A stretch of 64,000 nucleotides of DNA from Phenylobacterium sp. (GTDB lineage Bacteria; Pseudomonadota; Alphaproteobacteria; Caulobacterales; Caulobacteraceae): assembly GCF_035944335.1 (NCBI RefSeq), contig NZ_DASZBG010000012.1, positions 8,612 to 72,611 of the forward strand, read 5' to 3'. Every line of letters begins with the position of its first letter. Within the stretch, counting starts at the first letter, position 1. Below are positions 53,862-61,944 of this stretch, in pieces. The position numbers and the translations under genes were made by a program. The notes beneath the pieces are model-generated. The model was not told the origin of the DNA and did no database searches. It worked only from the letters and a program-made list of their open reading frames with translations.

Positions 53862-55937
53862 CTACCAGATCCGCACTCGGTCCGCCGGGGCCACGTACAT
53901 CTTGTCGCCAGCCTTGACCCCGAACGCCTCGTAGAAGGCGTCGATGTTGCGCACCGGCACGTCGACCCGCGCCTGGTTCGGCGAGTGCGGATCGGAGACC
54001 AGCTGCTGGCGCAGCCGATCGTCGCGGGTCTTGCCCCGCCAGACCTGCGCCCAGCCGAGGAACACCCGCTGGTCGCCGGTCAGGCCGTCGATGATCGGCG
54101 CCGGCTGGCCATGCAGCGAGGCGTGATAGGCGTCGAGCGCCAGGAGAAGGCCGCCGAGGTCGGCGATGTTCTCGCCCATGGTCAGGTCGCCGTTGATCTT
54201 GGCGCCCGGCAGCACCTCGAAGTTTCCGTATTCCTTGCCGAGCTTGGTCGCCTCGACCTCGAAGCGCTTGGCGTCCTCCGGCGTCCACCAGTCGGTGAGC
54301 CGGCCCTTGGCGTCGTAACGGCGGCCCTGGTCGTCGAATCCGTGGGTCAGCTCGTGACCGATCACCCCACCGATGGCGCCGTAGTTGATCGCCGCGTCGC
54401 CCTGCGGATCGAAGAACGGCGGCTGCAGGATCGCGGCCGGAAAGACGATCTCGTTGCCGGTCGGGTTGTAGTAGGCGTTGATCGTCGGGGGCGTCATGCC
54501 CCACTCGGCCTTGTCCACCGGCCCGCCCAGCCGCCCGACCCGGAAGGCCCAATCGAAGGCCGAGGCCCGCTCGACGTTTCCGTAGAGGTCGGCGTCCTTG
54601 ATCACCAGGCCGGAATAGTCGCGCCACTTGTCGGGATAGCCGATCTTCACCCGCAGGCTGTCGAGCTTCTCGAAGGCCTTGGCCTTGGTGGTCGGGCTCA
54701 TCCAGTCGAGCTTCTCGATGCGCGCCCGCATGGCGGTGCGGATGTCGCCCACCAGGGTCAGCATCTTGGCCTTGCTCTCGGCGGGGAAGTAGGCCTCGAC
54801 ATAGAGGCGGCCCAGCGCCTCGCCGATCTGGCTGTCGACGAGGGCGACGCTGCGCTTCCAACGCGGCTGCTGCGCCTGCTGGCCGCCCAGGGTCTTGTTG
54901 TGGAAATCGAAGTGGGCGTCGTCGAAGGCCTTGGAGAGGTAGGGCGCGGCCTGGTCCACGAGGGTGAAGGCCTGCCAGGCCTTCAGGGTCTCGATCGGGG
55001 CCTTGGCGTAGAGGTCGGCGATCTTCGGGAAGGCGGTCTTCTCGCCCACGACCACCTGGCTGACCTTGCTCAGCTTGGCGCCTTGCAGATAGGCCGCCCA
55101 GTCGAAGCCCGGCGCCAGCTTGGCGAGGTCGGCTACGGGCGTCGCATTGTACATCTTGTCGTCATCGCGGCGCTCGGCGCGAGTCCAGGAGACCTTGGCG
55201 ATCTCGGTCTCCAGCGCGACGATCGCCTTGGCGTTCTCCGCAGGCTTCGGCCAGTGGGTCAGCGTCAGAATCCTGGCCACATACTGTTCGTACCTGGCCT
55301 TCTGCGGCGCGAAGCCAGGCTCCAGATAATAGTCCCGATCCGGCAGGCCGAGGCCCGCCTGGCCCAGATAGACCGCATAGTGGTCCGGATCCTTGGCGTC
55401 CTCGGCGATCGAGGCCGAGAAGATCGAGCCGCCGAAGGCTCCGGTGGTCGCGCCCATGTGGCGGGCGATCTCGGCCCGCGTCCTCAGCGCCCTGATCTTC
55501 GCGAGGTCCGCGGCCATCGGCTTGGCGCCCAGCGCATTGACCTTGGCCTCGCCCTGGAAGCTTCGGTAGAGCGCGCCCACTTGAGCTCGGGGCCCGGTCG
55601 CGGCCTTGTCGGCGGCGGTCTTCTCGACCACCGCGCGCATGCGGTTCTGCGACAGCTCGTTCAGCGAATCGAAGGCGCCGTACCGCGTCCGGTCGGCGGG
55701 GATGACCAACGACTTCAGATAGCTGCCGTTAGCGTACTGGAAGAAGTCGTCGCCGGCGCTGACGCTGGGATCGCGCCCGCTGAGGTCATAGCCCCAGGCG
55801 CCGAGCCGCGGCGCCTTGGTGAGGTCCGCCGTGGTCGGCTGCACGGCCGGCGCGGGCGAGGCCGCCGGCGCGGCGAGGGCCGGGCACGCGGAAAGAAGGG
55901 CGGCCGTCGCGGCGGCCCCAAGCCAGAAGGTCTTCAT
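53862..55937 (-). CDS. pepO: Exported M13-family zinc metallopeptidase (PepO / endothelin-converting-enzyme-like)
   Basis: Signal peptide, the HELTHGFDDQG zinc motif and a downstream ENIADLGG glutamate ligand. 691 aa. Confidence 0.9.
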   Translation of the reverse strand: MKTFWLGAAATAALLSACPALAAPAASPAPAVQPTTADLTKAPRLGAWGYDLSGRDPSVSAGDDFFQYANGSYLKSLVIPADRTRYGAFDSLNELSQNRMRAVVEKTAADKAATGPRAQVGALYRSFQGEAKVNALGAKPMAADLAKIRALRTRAEIARHMGATTGAFGGSIFSASIAEDAKDPDHYAVYLGQAGLGLPDRDYYLEPGFAPQKARYEQYVARILTLTHWPKPAENAKAIVALETEIAKVSWTRAERRDDDKMYNATPVADLAKLAPGFDWAAYLQGAKLSKVSQVVVGEKTAFPKIADLYAKAPIETLKAWQAFTLVDQAAPYLSKAFDDAHFDFHNKTLGGQQAQQPRWKRSVALVDSQIGEALGRLYVEAYFPAESKAKMLTLVGDIRTAMRARIEKLDWMSPTTKAKAFEKLDSLRVKIGYPDKWRDYSGLVIKDADLYGNVERASAFDWAFRVGRLGGPVDKAEWGMTPPTINAYYNPTGNEIVFPAAILQPPFFDPQGDAAINYGAIGGVIGHELTHGFDDQGRRYDAKGRLTDWWTPEDAKRFEVEATKLGKEYGNFEVLPGAKINGDLTMGENIADLGGLLLALDAYHASLHGQPAPIIDGLTGDQRVFLGWAQVWRGKTRDDRLRQQLVSDPHSPNQARVDVPVRNIDAFYEAFGVKAGDKMYVAPADRVRIW

Positions 55938-56053
55938 AGATGCAATTCACCCTGAGATGGTTTGGACGCGACCATGCCCCGCGCGCGCCGGTTTGAGACC
56001 TTACTTTTCGCTCATGATTGCGGCGAGCCGAGGACGCAATCGTCGGCGCGACG

Positions 56054-56515
56054 TCATGCCCCGCCCGCGGCATGCGGCGGTCCGACGCCGGAGCCGACGG
56101 CGAAGGCCACCGGCAGCCGACGACCGTCGGAGAAGACCAGGGTCGCGGGAAGCCGATCGCCGGGCTTCAACGCCCGGCCCAGGTCCACGAACATCAGGTG
56201 ATATGCCCCCGGCGCGAAAACCACCGCGCCGCCCGCCGGGATCTCGATGCTGGGCTGGGCGGCCATGCTCATGACGCCGTGGTCGAGACTCGATCGATGC
56301 ATCTCCACGCGGCGCGCGGCGGGGCTTTCGACCCGCGCCAGGGCCTTCGCGGTCCGGCCGCGGTTGACCAGCAGCATGTAGCCCACGCCGTTTCCGCCGG
56401 CGACGGCCGGCCGGCTCCACGGCTCGCGAACCTCCACCCGGCTCGGGCCAGGCTTGGCAACGGCCGCCGGCGCCACGGCCAGCGCCATACAGGCAAGCAG
56501 GATCGGACGACGCAT
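56054..56515 (-). CDS. Periplasmic copper chaperone PCu(A)C (DUF461)
   Basis: The start is at MRRPILLACMALAVAPAAVA, with SD GAGGAG upstream. It has the copper motif region VEMHRSSLDHGVMSM...PGAYHLMF. The upstream 97 aa of the track ORF were rejected. Confidence 0.8.
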   Translation of the reverse strand: MRRPILLACMALAVAPAAVAKPGPSRVEVREPWSRPAVAGGNGVGYMLLVNRGRTAKALARVESPAARRVEMHRSSLDHGVMSMAAQPSIEIPAGGAVVFAPGAYHLMFVDLGRALKPGDRLPATLVFSDGRRLPVAFAVGSGVGPPHAAGGA

Positions 56516-56665
56516 CGGGCAGGCTCCTCGCCAGGACGGCGGGTCTCTAGGCCGTCCACGCAAAATCGCAAAATCGGACCACCACGGGGATCTCCCACGG
56601 CGCAGGCGCCCCAGCCGCGCCGGATTGGCGACCGAATTGCGGCCGTGGATCTTGCGTCGGCGCAA

Positions 56666-56690
56666 GGAACCAAGCGCAGCCGTGAACGTT
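56666..56690 (+). promoter_or_regulatory. EcfG/SigT-type promoter (GGAAC-N16-CGTT) inside a 630-nt intergenic region
   Basis: GGAAC-caagcgcagccgtgaa-CGTT. The nearest plus-strand annotated gene, the OmpA porin, starts about 460 nt downstream. Confidence 0.55.
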
Positions 56691-57151
56691 GTAGGCCCGG
56701 CGCAACAGGGGCGCGTCGCGTGAGTAGGTGGGGCGTATGTCGTCGTTCGATCCCGTTGAGGAGCTTGCGGAACGATCGTCCGCGGCCGCCGGGCTGCGTC
56801 GGGCAAGCTGCGCCGTCATGCGGGATTTACAAGCAATTGCCGCCACTTCGCGCCGCGGGCGCGCCGAGGCGTCAGCTATCGCCACAGAACACGAGACAAG
56901 TGTTCGCAAGTCATTTGATGATTCCGACGAATGCCAGGACGATCGGAATCGGTCACCGGGGGGCTCGCCTCTCCGCCTTCGCATTGCTTGCAGAGGTAAT
57001 AGTCGTATAGCGTCCTGGTTCAGGCTGATTGAGGCCTTGAGATTGCGGAAAGAGTGTGGCTTCGGCGACACTTACGTAATCGAAGGGGCTTGATATAAAC
57101 GTGCTGGGTCAATAGGCCGCAGCACTGAGGGCAACGAGAGGGCTCTGAGAA

Positions 57152-58366
57152 ATGAAGTTCAAACTCCTGGCGGGAGCCGCCTTGGCCGCGCTCTTCACCG
57201 CGTCCGGCGCCGCTGCTGAAGTCGGCTGGTATGGCGCGGCTGATATTGGCTATCACTGGCCAGAGCCCATGCGGGCCACATCGTCCAACATCGCCGCCAA
57301 CGGCATTCCCTATATCTGGGACTTCAACCAGAAGAACGATTGGACCGGCTTCGCGCGCCTGGGCTACCAGGTCAGCGATCACTGGCGCGTCGAGCTGGAA
57401 GTCGGCTACCGCCCCGGCGACATCAAGTCGGTCCTCGGCGGGACCAACCAAGCCGTCATCGGGCTCTGCACCCCCGGCGTGATCCGTTCGGCTGCGGCCC
57501 CGAACTGCGGTTCGCCGACCGGCGACATCAACTCCTGGACCGTGCTGGGCAATGTCATCTACGACATCATGCCCAATTCGGCGCTCGATCCGTTCATCGG
57601 CGCCGGCATCGGCGTGAACTCGATCGCAGTCCACACGACCGGCCAGTTCTCCAACGTCACCGGCGTGATCACCCCCCTGGGCGGCGCCAATCCCGCCTTC
57701 CAGAACCTGACGGTCAGCGACAACGACACCGTGTTCGCCTGGCAAGTGCTGGCGGGCGTGGCGTGGAAGGCGACCGATCGCCTGAACGTCGACCTGACCT
57801 ACCGCTACCTCAGCGGTGCGGACATGACCTTCACCTCGGTCGGTTCGTCTCCGGGTGGCCTGCAGCCGGGCAACTTCAAGGGCAAGTACAAGGACGACTC
57901 GGTGACGCTCGGCCTGCGGTATTCGTTCGCCGCACCGCCGCCGCCGCCGCCGCCTCCGCCGCCTCCGCCCCCGCCGCCGCCTCCCCCGCCGCCTCCGCCT
58001 CCGCCGCCGCCGCCTCCGCCGCCGGCCTTCGAGGCGAAGCAGTTCATCGTGTACTTCCCGTTCGATCAGTACATCCTGACGCCGGAAGCGCAGCAGGTGG
58101 TGCAAGAGGCCGCGACCTACGCCAACAACGGTCACGCGACCAAGGTGGTGGTGGTCGGTCACACCGACACCTCGGGTTCCGGCCCCTACAACATGCGTCT
58201 GTCGGAGCGCCGCGCGAAGGCGGTGGCCGATGCGCTGGTCGGCCTGGGCGTCGCCCAGACCGCCCTGTCGGTCGACTGGAAGGGCAAGACCCAACCGGCC
58301 GTCCAGACCGGCGATGGCGTGAAGGAACCGCTGAACCGTCGTTCGACGATCGACATCAACTTCTAA
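57152..58366 (+). CDS. Two-domain OmpA-family outer-membrane protein (N-terminal beta-barrel, poly-Pro linker, C-terminal OmpA peptidoglycan-binding domain)
   Basis: Signal MKFKLLAGAALAALFTASGAAA, a barrel with alternating aromatic strands, a 30-Pro linker, then VVVVGHTDTSGSGPYNMRLSERRAKAVADAL. Confidence 0.9.
   Translation: MKFKLLAGAALAALFTASGAAAEVGWYGAADIGYHWPEPMRATSSNIAANGIPYIWDFNQKNDWTGFARLGYQVSDHWRVELEVGYRPGDIKSVLGGTNQAVIGLCTPGVIRSAAAPNCGSPTGDINSWTVLGNVIYDIMPNSALDPFIGAGIGVNSIAVHTTGQFSNVTGVITPLGGANPAFQNLTVSDNDTVFAWQVLAGVAWKATDRLNVDLTYRYLSGADMTFTSVGSSPGGLQPGNFKGKYKDDSVTLGLRYSFAAPPPPPPPPPPPPPPPPPPPPPPPPPPPPPPAFEAKQFIVYFPFDQYILTPEAQQVVQEAATYANNGHATKVVVVGHTDTSGSGPYNMRLSERRAKAVADALVGLGVAQTALSVDWKGKTQPAVQTGDGVKEPLNRRSTIDINF
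57935..58024 (+). repeat. Uninterrupted run of 30 proline codons (CCG/CCT/CCC) inside the ompA-like gene
   Basis: Counted codon by codon between GCA (57932) and GCC (58025). It is in frame and coding. Confidence 0.95.
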
Positions 58367-58400
58367 TTTCGATCACGACGGCTTCTTCGGAAGTTTGCGA

Positions 58401-58433
58401 GAGCCCGGCGGAAACGCCGGGCTCTTTGCATTT
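58401..58433 (+). terminator. Intrinsic terminator of the ompA-like gene
   Basis: Stem GAGCCCGGCG / GAAA loop / CGCCGGGCTC, followed by TTTGCATTT. Confidence 0.8.
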
Positions 58434-58523
58434 GGTCTCCCTCCCCATGAAGGGGCGGAAACGCTCGCAGAGCTTGCCTTCGGCGTAAGAATTCCCATTG
58501 TCCCGGCCATGCGCGGAACAGAC

Positions 58524-61500
58524 ATGTCCTTCGATCACCTGGACGGGGTAAAATTTGCGGATGAGCGCTCGGCGATCGCCGCCGCCCTGGCCAGCCAACC
58601 CCTGACCCAGGAGGACCGCGCGGGCGTCCGCGCCGAGGCCGAGGCCTTGGTCCGCGCCGCCCGCCGCAGCGCCCGAAAGCAGGGCGTCGTCGAGAGCTTC
58701 CTGCAGGAATTCAGCCTGTCCACCCGCGAGGGCCTGGCGCTCATGTGCCTGGCCGAGGCCCTTCTGCGCACGCCCGATGAAGAGACCCGTGACCGGCTGA
58801 TCGCCGAGAAGATCTCATCGGCCGACTGGGCGAGCCACGCCGGGCAGTCCGATTCGCTGCTGGTGAACGCCTCCACGTGGAGCCTGATGCTCACCGGCAA
58901 GATCATCGACCCGGACGAGGAGGCGCAGGCCGACCTGCCGGGCTTCATCCGCCGTCTCGCCGGCCGTCTGGGCGAGCCGGTGATTCGCCGCGCGGTGGGC
59001 GCCGCGGTCCGCATCATGGGCGAGCAGTTCGTGCTGGGCGCCACTATCGACAAGGCCATCAAGCGCGCCGATCAGGACGGTTTCGTCTGCTCCTTCGACA
59101 TGCTGGGCGAGGGGGCCCGCACGGCGGCTGACGCCGAACGCTACGAGAAGGCCTACGCCGCCGCCATCCAGGTGGTCGGCAAGCGGTCGAAAGGAAAGGG
59201 CCCGGAGACCGGGCACGGCGTCTCGGTGAAGCTCTCGGCGCTGTCGCCCCGGTACGAAGCCCGCGAGGCCGACCGCGTCTGGGCCGAGCTCTATCCGCGC
59301 GCGTTCAGGCTCGCCGAACTCGCCGCCGCCGCCGACATCAACCTGACCCTCGACGCCGAGGAGGCCGACCGCCTGGTCCTCTCGCTCGAGCTGCTCGATC
59401 GGCTGGCCCGCGAGCCATCCCTGGGCGATTGGAACGGCCTCGGCCTCGCCGTCCAGGCCTACCAGAAGCGCGGACCGCAGGCCGTCGCCGCCGTCGCCGA
59501 CATCGCGCGCGGCAGCGGCCGGCGCCTGATGGTTCGCCTGGTCAAGGGCGCCTATTGGGATAGCGAGATCAAGCGTGCCCAGGTCGCCGGCCTGCCCGGC
59601 TATCCGGTCTATACGACCAAGGCCGCGACCGACCTCTCCTACCTCGTCTGCGCGCGGGCCCTCCTGGCCGCGGCGCCCCACCTTTACGCCCAATTCGCCA
59701 CCCACAACGCCCACACCCTGGCCGCGGTGCGCCAGATGGCCCGGCAGATGGGGCTGAGCCCCGAGTTCCAGCGGCTGCACGGCATGGGCGAGGCGCTCTA
59801 CGCCGGCGCCCGCGACCGCTACGGCGACTTCCCCTTGCGCGTCTATGCGCCGGTCGGCAGCCACGAGGACCTGCTGCCCTACCTGGTCCGCCGACTGCTG
59901 GAGAACGGCGCCAACACCTCGTTCGTCCACGCCTTGCTGGACGAGCGGACGTCCGTCGAGAAAGTCGTCTCCGATCCCATCTCCCAGGTCGAGGCGGCCG
60001 GCGGCGGGCCGCACGCGCGCATTCCGTTGCCGGTGGACCTCTATGGGCCAAGCCGCCGCAACTCGACCGGCATGGACCTTTCCACGGCGCAGGACCGGGC
60101 GAAGCTCGCCGAGGCGATCGCGGCGCTCGACGGCGGACGGCTGGAGGCGGGGCCGATCGTCAGCGGAAAGCTCGCGCCGGCCAAACAGCCGCAGGACCGC
60201 GTCTCACCCTCCGACCTTTCCCGCGTCATCGGCCGCGCCTGGAATGCGTCCTCCGACCAGGTCGACGCCGCCTATGTCGCCGCCCGCGCCGCCCAGCCGG
60301 GCTGGGAGGCGCTCGGGGGCGAGGGCCGTGCGCCCATCCTGCGGGCCATGGCCGACGCGCTCGAGGCCCATCGCGAACGGCTGGTGGCCATCTGCGCCCG
60401 CGAGGCGGGCAAGACGCTGAGCGACGGCGTCGCCGAGGTGCGCGAGGCGGCTGACTTCTGCCGCTACTACGCCCACCTGGCCGAGACCCAGTTCGCCTCG
60501 CCCGAGACCCTGCGAGGTCCGGTCGGCGAGACCAACCGGCTGTCGCTGCACGGCCGCGGCGTCTTCGCCTGCATCAGCCCGTGGAACTTCCCGCTGGCCA
60601 TCTTCACCGGCCAGATCGCCGCCGCGCTCGCCGCCGGCAACGCCGTCGTGGCCAAGCCCGCCGAACAGACCCCTCTGATCGCCGCGGCGGCGGTGCGCCT
60701 GTTTCATAAGGCCGGATTGCCGGGCGACGTCCTGCATCTGCTGCCCGGCGACGGCGCGAGCGTCGGTCAGGCGCTGGTGGCGCACAAGGATTGCGCGGGC
60801 GTCGCCTTCACCGGCGGCACGGAGACGGCGTGGGCGATCAACCGTACGCTCGCAGCGCGCAAGGGGCCGATCGTCCCCTTCATCGCCGAGACCGGCGGTC
60901 TGAACGCCATGTTCGTGGACACCACCGCGCTGCGCGAACAGGTCATCGACGACGTCATCGCCTCGGCCTTCGGCTCCACCGGCCAGCGCTGCTCGGCGCT
61001 CAGGATGCTGTTCGCGCCCAACGACACCGCCGACCTGCTGATCGAGGGGCTTTCCGGGGCCATGGACGCCCTGGTGCTGGGCGATCCGGCCGACCCGCGT
61101 ACCGACATCGGCCCGGTGATCGACGACGAGGCGCTGGCCGCCCTGGAGGTCCACGCCGAGCGGCTGGCCGCGGAAGGTCGGGTGTTACACCGCCTGCCAG
61201 CGCCGAAAGGCGGCCACTTCTTCGGGCCCGTGCTCGCGGAGATCCCTTCGGCGGCCTCCCTGCAGCGGGAGGTGTTCGGGCCCATCCTGCACGTGGTGCG
61301 CTACGACGCCGCCGATCTGGCGGCCGCCGCGCGGCCGCTGGTGGAAGCCGGCTACGGCCTCACCCTGGGCGTCCACAGCCGCCTGGAAAGCTTCGCCGAG
61401 GAGGTGCAGAGGACCGTGCCGGCCGGCAACGCCTATGTGAACCGCTCGATGATCGGGGCGGTGGTCGGCGTCCAGCCGTTCGGCGGCGAGGGCCTCTCCG

Positions 61501-61619
61501 GCACCGGCCCCAAGGCCGGCGGCCCCCACGCCCTCCTGCGCTACGCCGTCGAGCGGGCGGTCAGCGTCAATATCGCCGCTCAGGGCGGCGACCCGGCGCT
61601 GCTCAACCTCAATCCCTGA
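58524..61619 (+). CDS. putA: Bifunctional proline dehydrogenase / L-glutamate-gamma-semialdehyde dehydrogenase
   Basis: About 1031 aa. It has a PRODH barrel (SVKLSAL..., VRLVKGAYWD) and an ALDH domain (FTGGTETA, EAGGLNA-like ETGGLNAM, catalytic Cys in GQRCSA). The start is at MSFDHLDG; ATG 58509 is an alternative. No N-terminal RHH domain is obvious. Confidence 0.9.
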   Translation: MSFDHLDGVKFADERSAIAAALASQPLTQEDRAGVRAEAEALVRAARRSARKQGVVESFLQEFSLSTREGLALMCLAEALLRTPDEETRDRLIAEKISSADWASHAGQSDSLLVNASTWSLMLTGKIIDPDEEAQADLPGFIRRLAGRLGEPVIRRAVGAAVRIMGEQFVLGATIDKAIKRADQDGFVCSFDMLGEGARTAADAERYEKAYAAAIQVVGKRSKGKGPETGHGVSVKLSALSPRYEAREADRVWAELYPRAFRLAELAAAADINLTLDAEEADRLVLSLELLDRLAREPSLGDWNGLGLAVQAYQKRGPQAVAAVADIARGSGRRLMVRLVKGAYWDSEIKRAQVAGLPGYPVYTTKAATDLSYLVCARALLAAAPHLYAQFATHNAHTLAAVRQMARQMGLSPEFQRLHGMGEALYAGARDRYGDFPLRVYAPVGSHEDLLPYLVRRLLENGANTSFVHALLDERTSVEKVVSDPISQVEAAGGGPHARIPLPVDLYGPSRRNSTGMDLSTAQDRAKLAEAIAALDGGRLEAGPIVSGKLAPAKQPQDRVSPSDLSRVIGRAWNASSDQVDAAYVAARAAQPGWEALGGEGRAPILRAMADALEAHRERLVAICAREAGKTLSDGVAEVREAADFCRYYAHLAETQFASPETLRGPVGETNRLSLHGRGVFACISPWNFPLAIFTGQIAAALAAGNAVVAKPAEQTPLIAAAAVRLFHKAGLPGDVLHLLPGDGASVGQALVAHKDCAGVAFTGGTETAWAINRTLAARKGPIVPFIAETGGLNAMFVDTTALREQVIDDVIASAFGSTGQRCSALRMLFAPNDTADLLIEGLSGAMDALVLGDPADPRTDIGPVIDDEALAALEVHAERLAAEGRVLHRLPAPKGGHFFGPVLAEIPSAASLQREVFGPILHVVRYDAADLAAAARPLVEAGYGLTLGVHSRLESFAEEVQRTVPAGNAYVNRSMIGAVVGVQPFGGEGLSGTGPKAGGPHALLRYAVERAVSVNIAAQGGDPALLNLNP

Positions 61620-61677
61620 GGTCCGTGCGCACCCGAACCGTCAGCCCAGCCGTTAGGACGGGTTGAAGGAGCGGCCC

Positions 61678-61854
61678 ATGCCCGACCCCGATCCACGCCC
61701 AAGGCCCGATACGTCGGACGCCAAGCCCACGCCAAACCAGCCGAAGGACTCCTCCGTCTATGGCGGCCAGTGGAGTCCTGGCGGAGACAAGCCGGCCGAC
61801 CCGACAACGCCGGATCGCCCTGAGCCGATCAAGGCGCCGCTCGAGTCGCAATAG
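61678..61854 (+). CDS. Small hydrophilic Pro/Asp-rich hypothetical protein (58 aa)
   Basis: MPDPDPRPRPDTSDAKPTPNQPKDSSVYGGQWSPGGDKPADPTTPDRPEPIKAPLESQ. A strong SD, GAAGGAG, lies 7 nt upstream, and GC3 is high. I recognise no family. Confidence 0.4.
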   Translation: MPDPDPRPRPDTSDAKPTPNQPKDSSVYGGQWSPGGDKPADPTTPDRPEPIKAPLESQ

Positions 61855-61944
61855 ACTCCCTGCGACCGGGCTGAACCCTTCGGCGCGCGCTGTGCGTTGC
61901 GCTCTCCGGGACGGCCTCTCGGGGGCCCGGGTCAGGGAGAGCAC

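Noticed and set aside
56728-57093. 121-aa track ORF (or 118 aa from ATG 56737) as a confident CDS
   Set aside because: Codon usage is atypical for this genome, especially in the second half, and I recognise no family. It is kept only as a hypothesis inside the finding on the 56516-57151 region.
57020-58294. Minus-strand ORFs with poly-Arg and poly-Gly runs (57020-58294, 57805-58047), and the CCG-rich tract as a possible CRISPR or microsatellite locus
   Set aside because: These are frame-shifted or antisense readings of the 30-Pro codon run inside the ompA-like gene. There is no repeat-spacer architecture, and the tract is in frame within a well-supported CDS.
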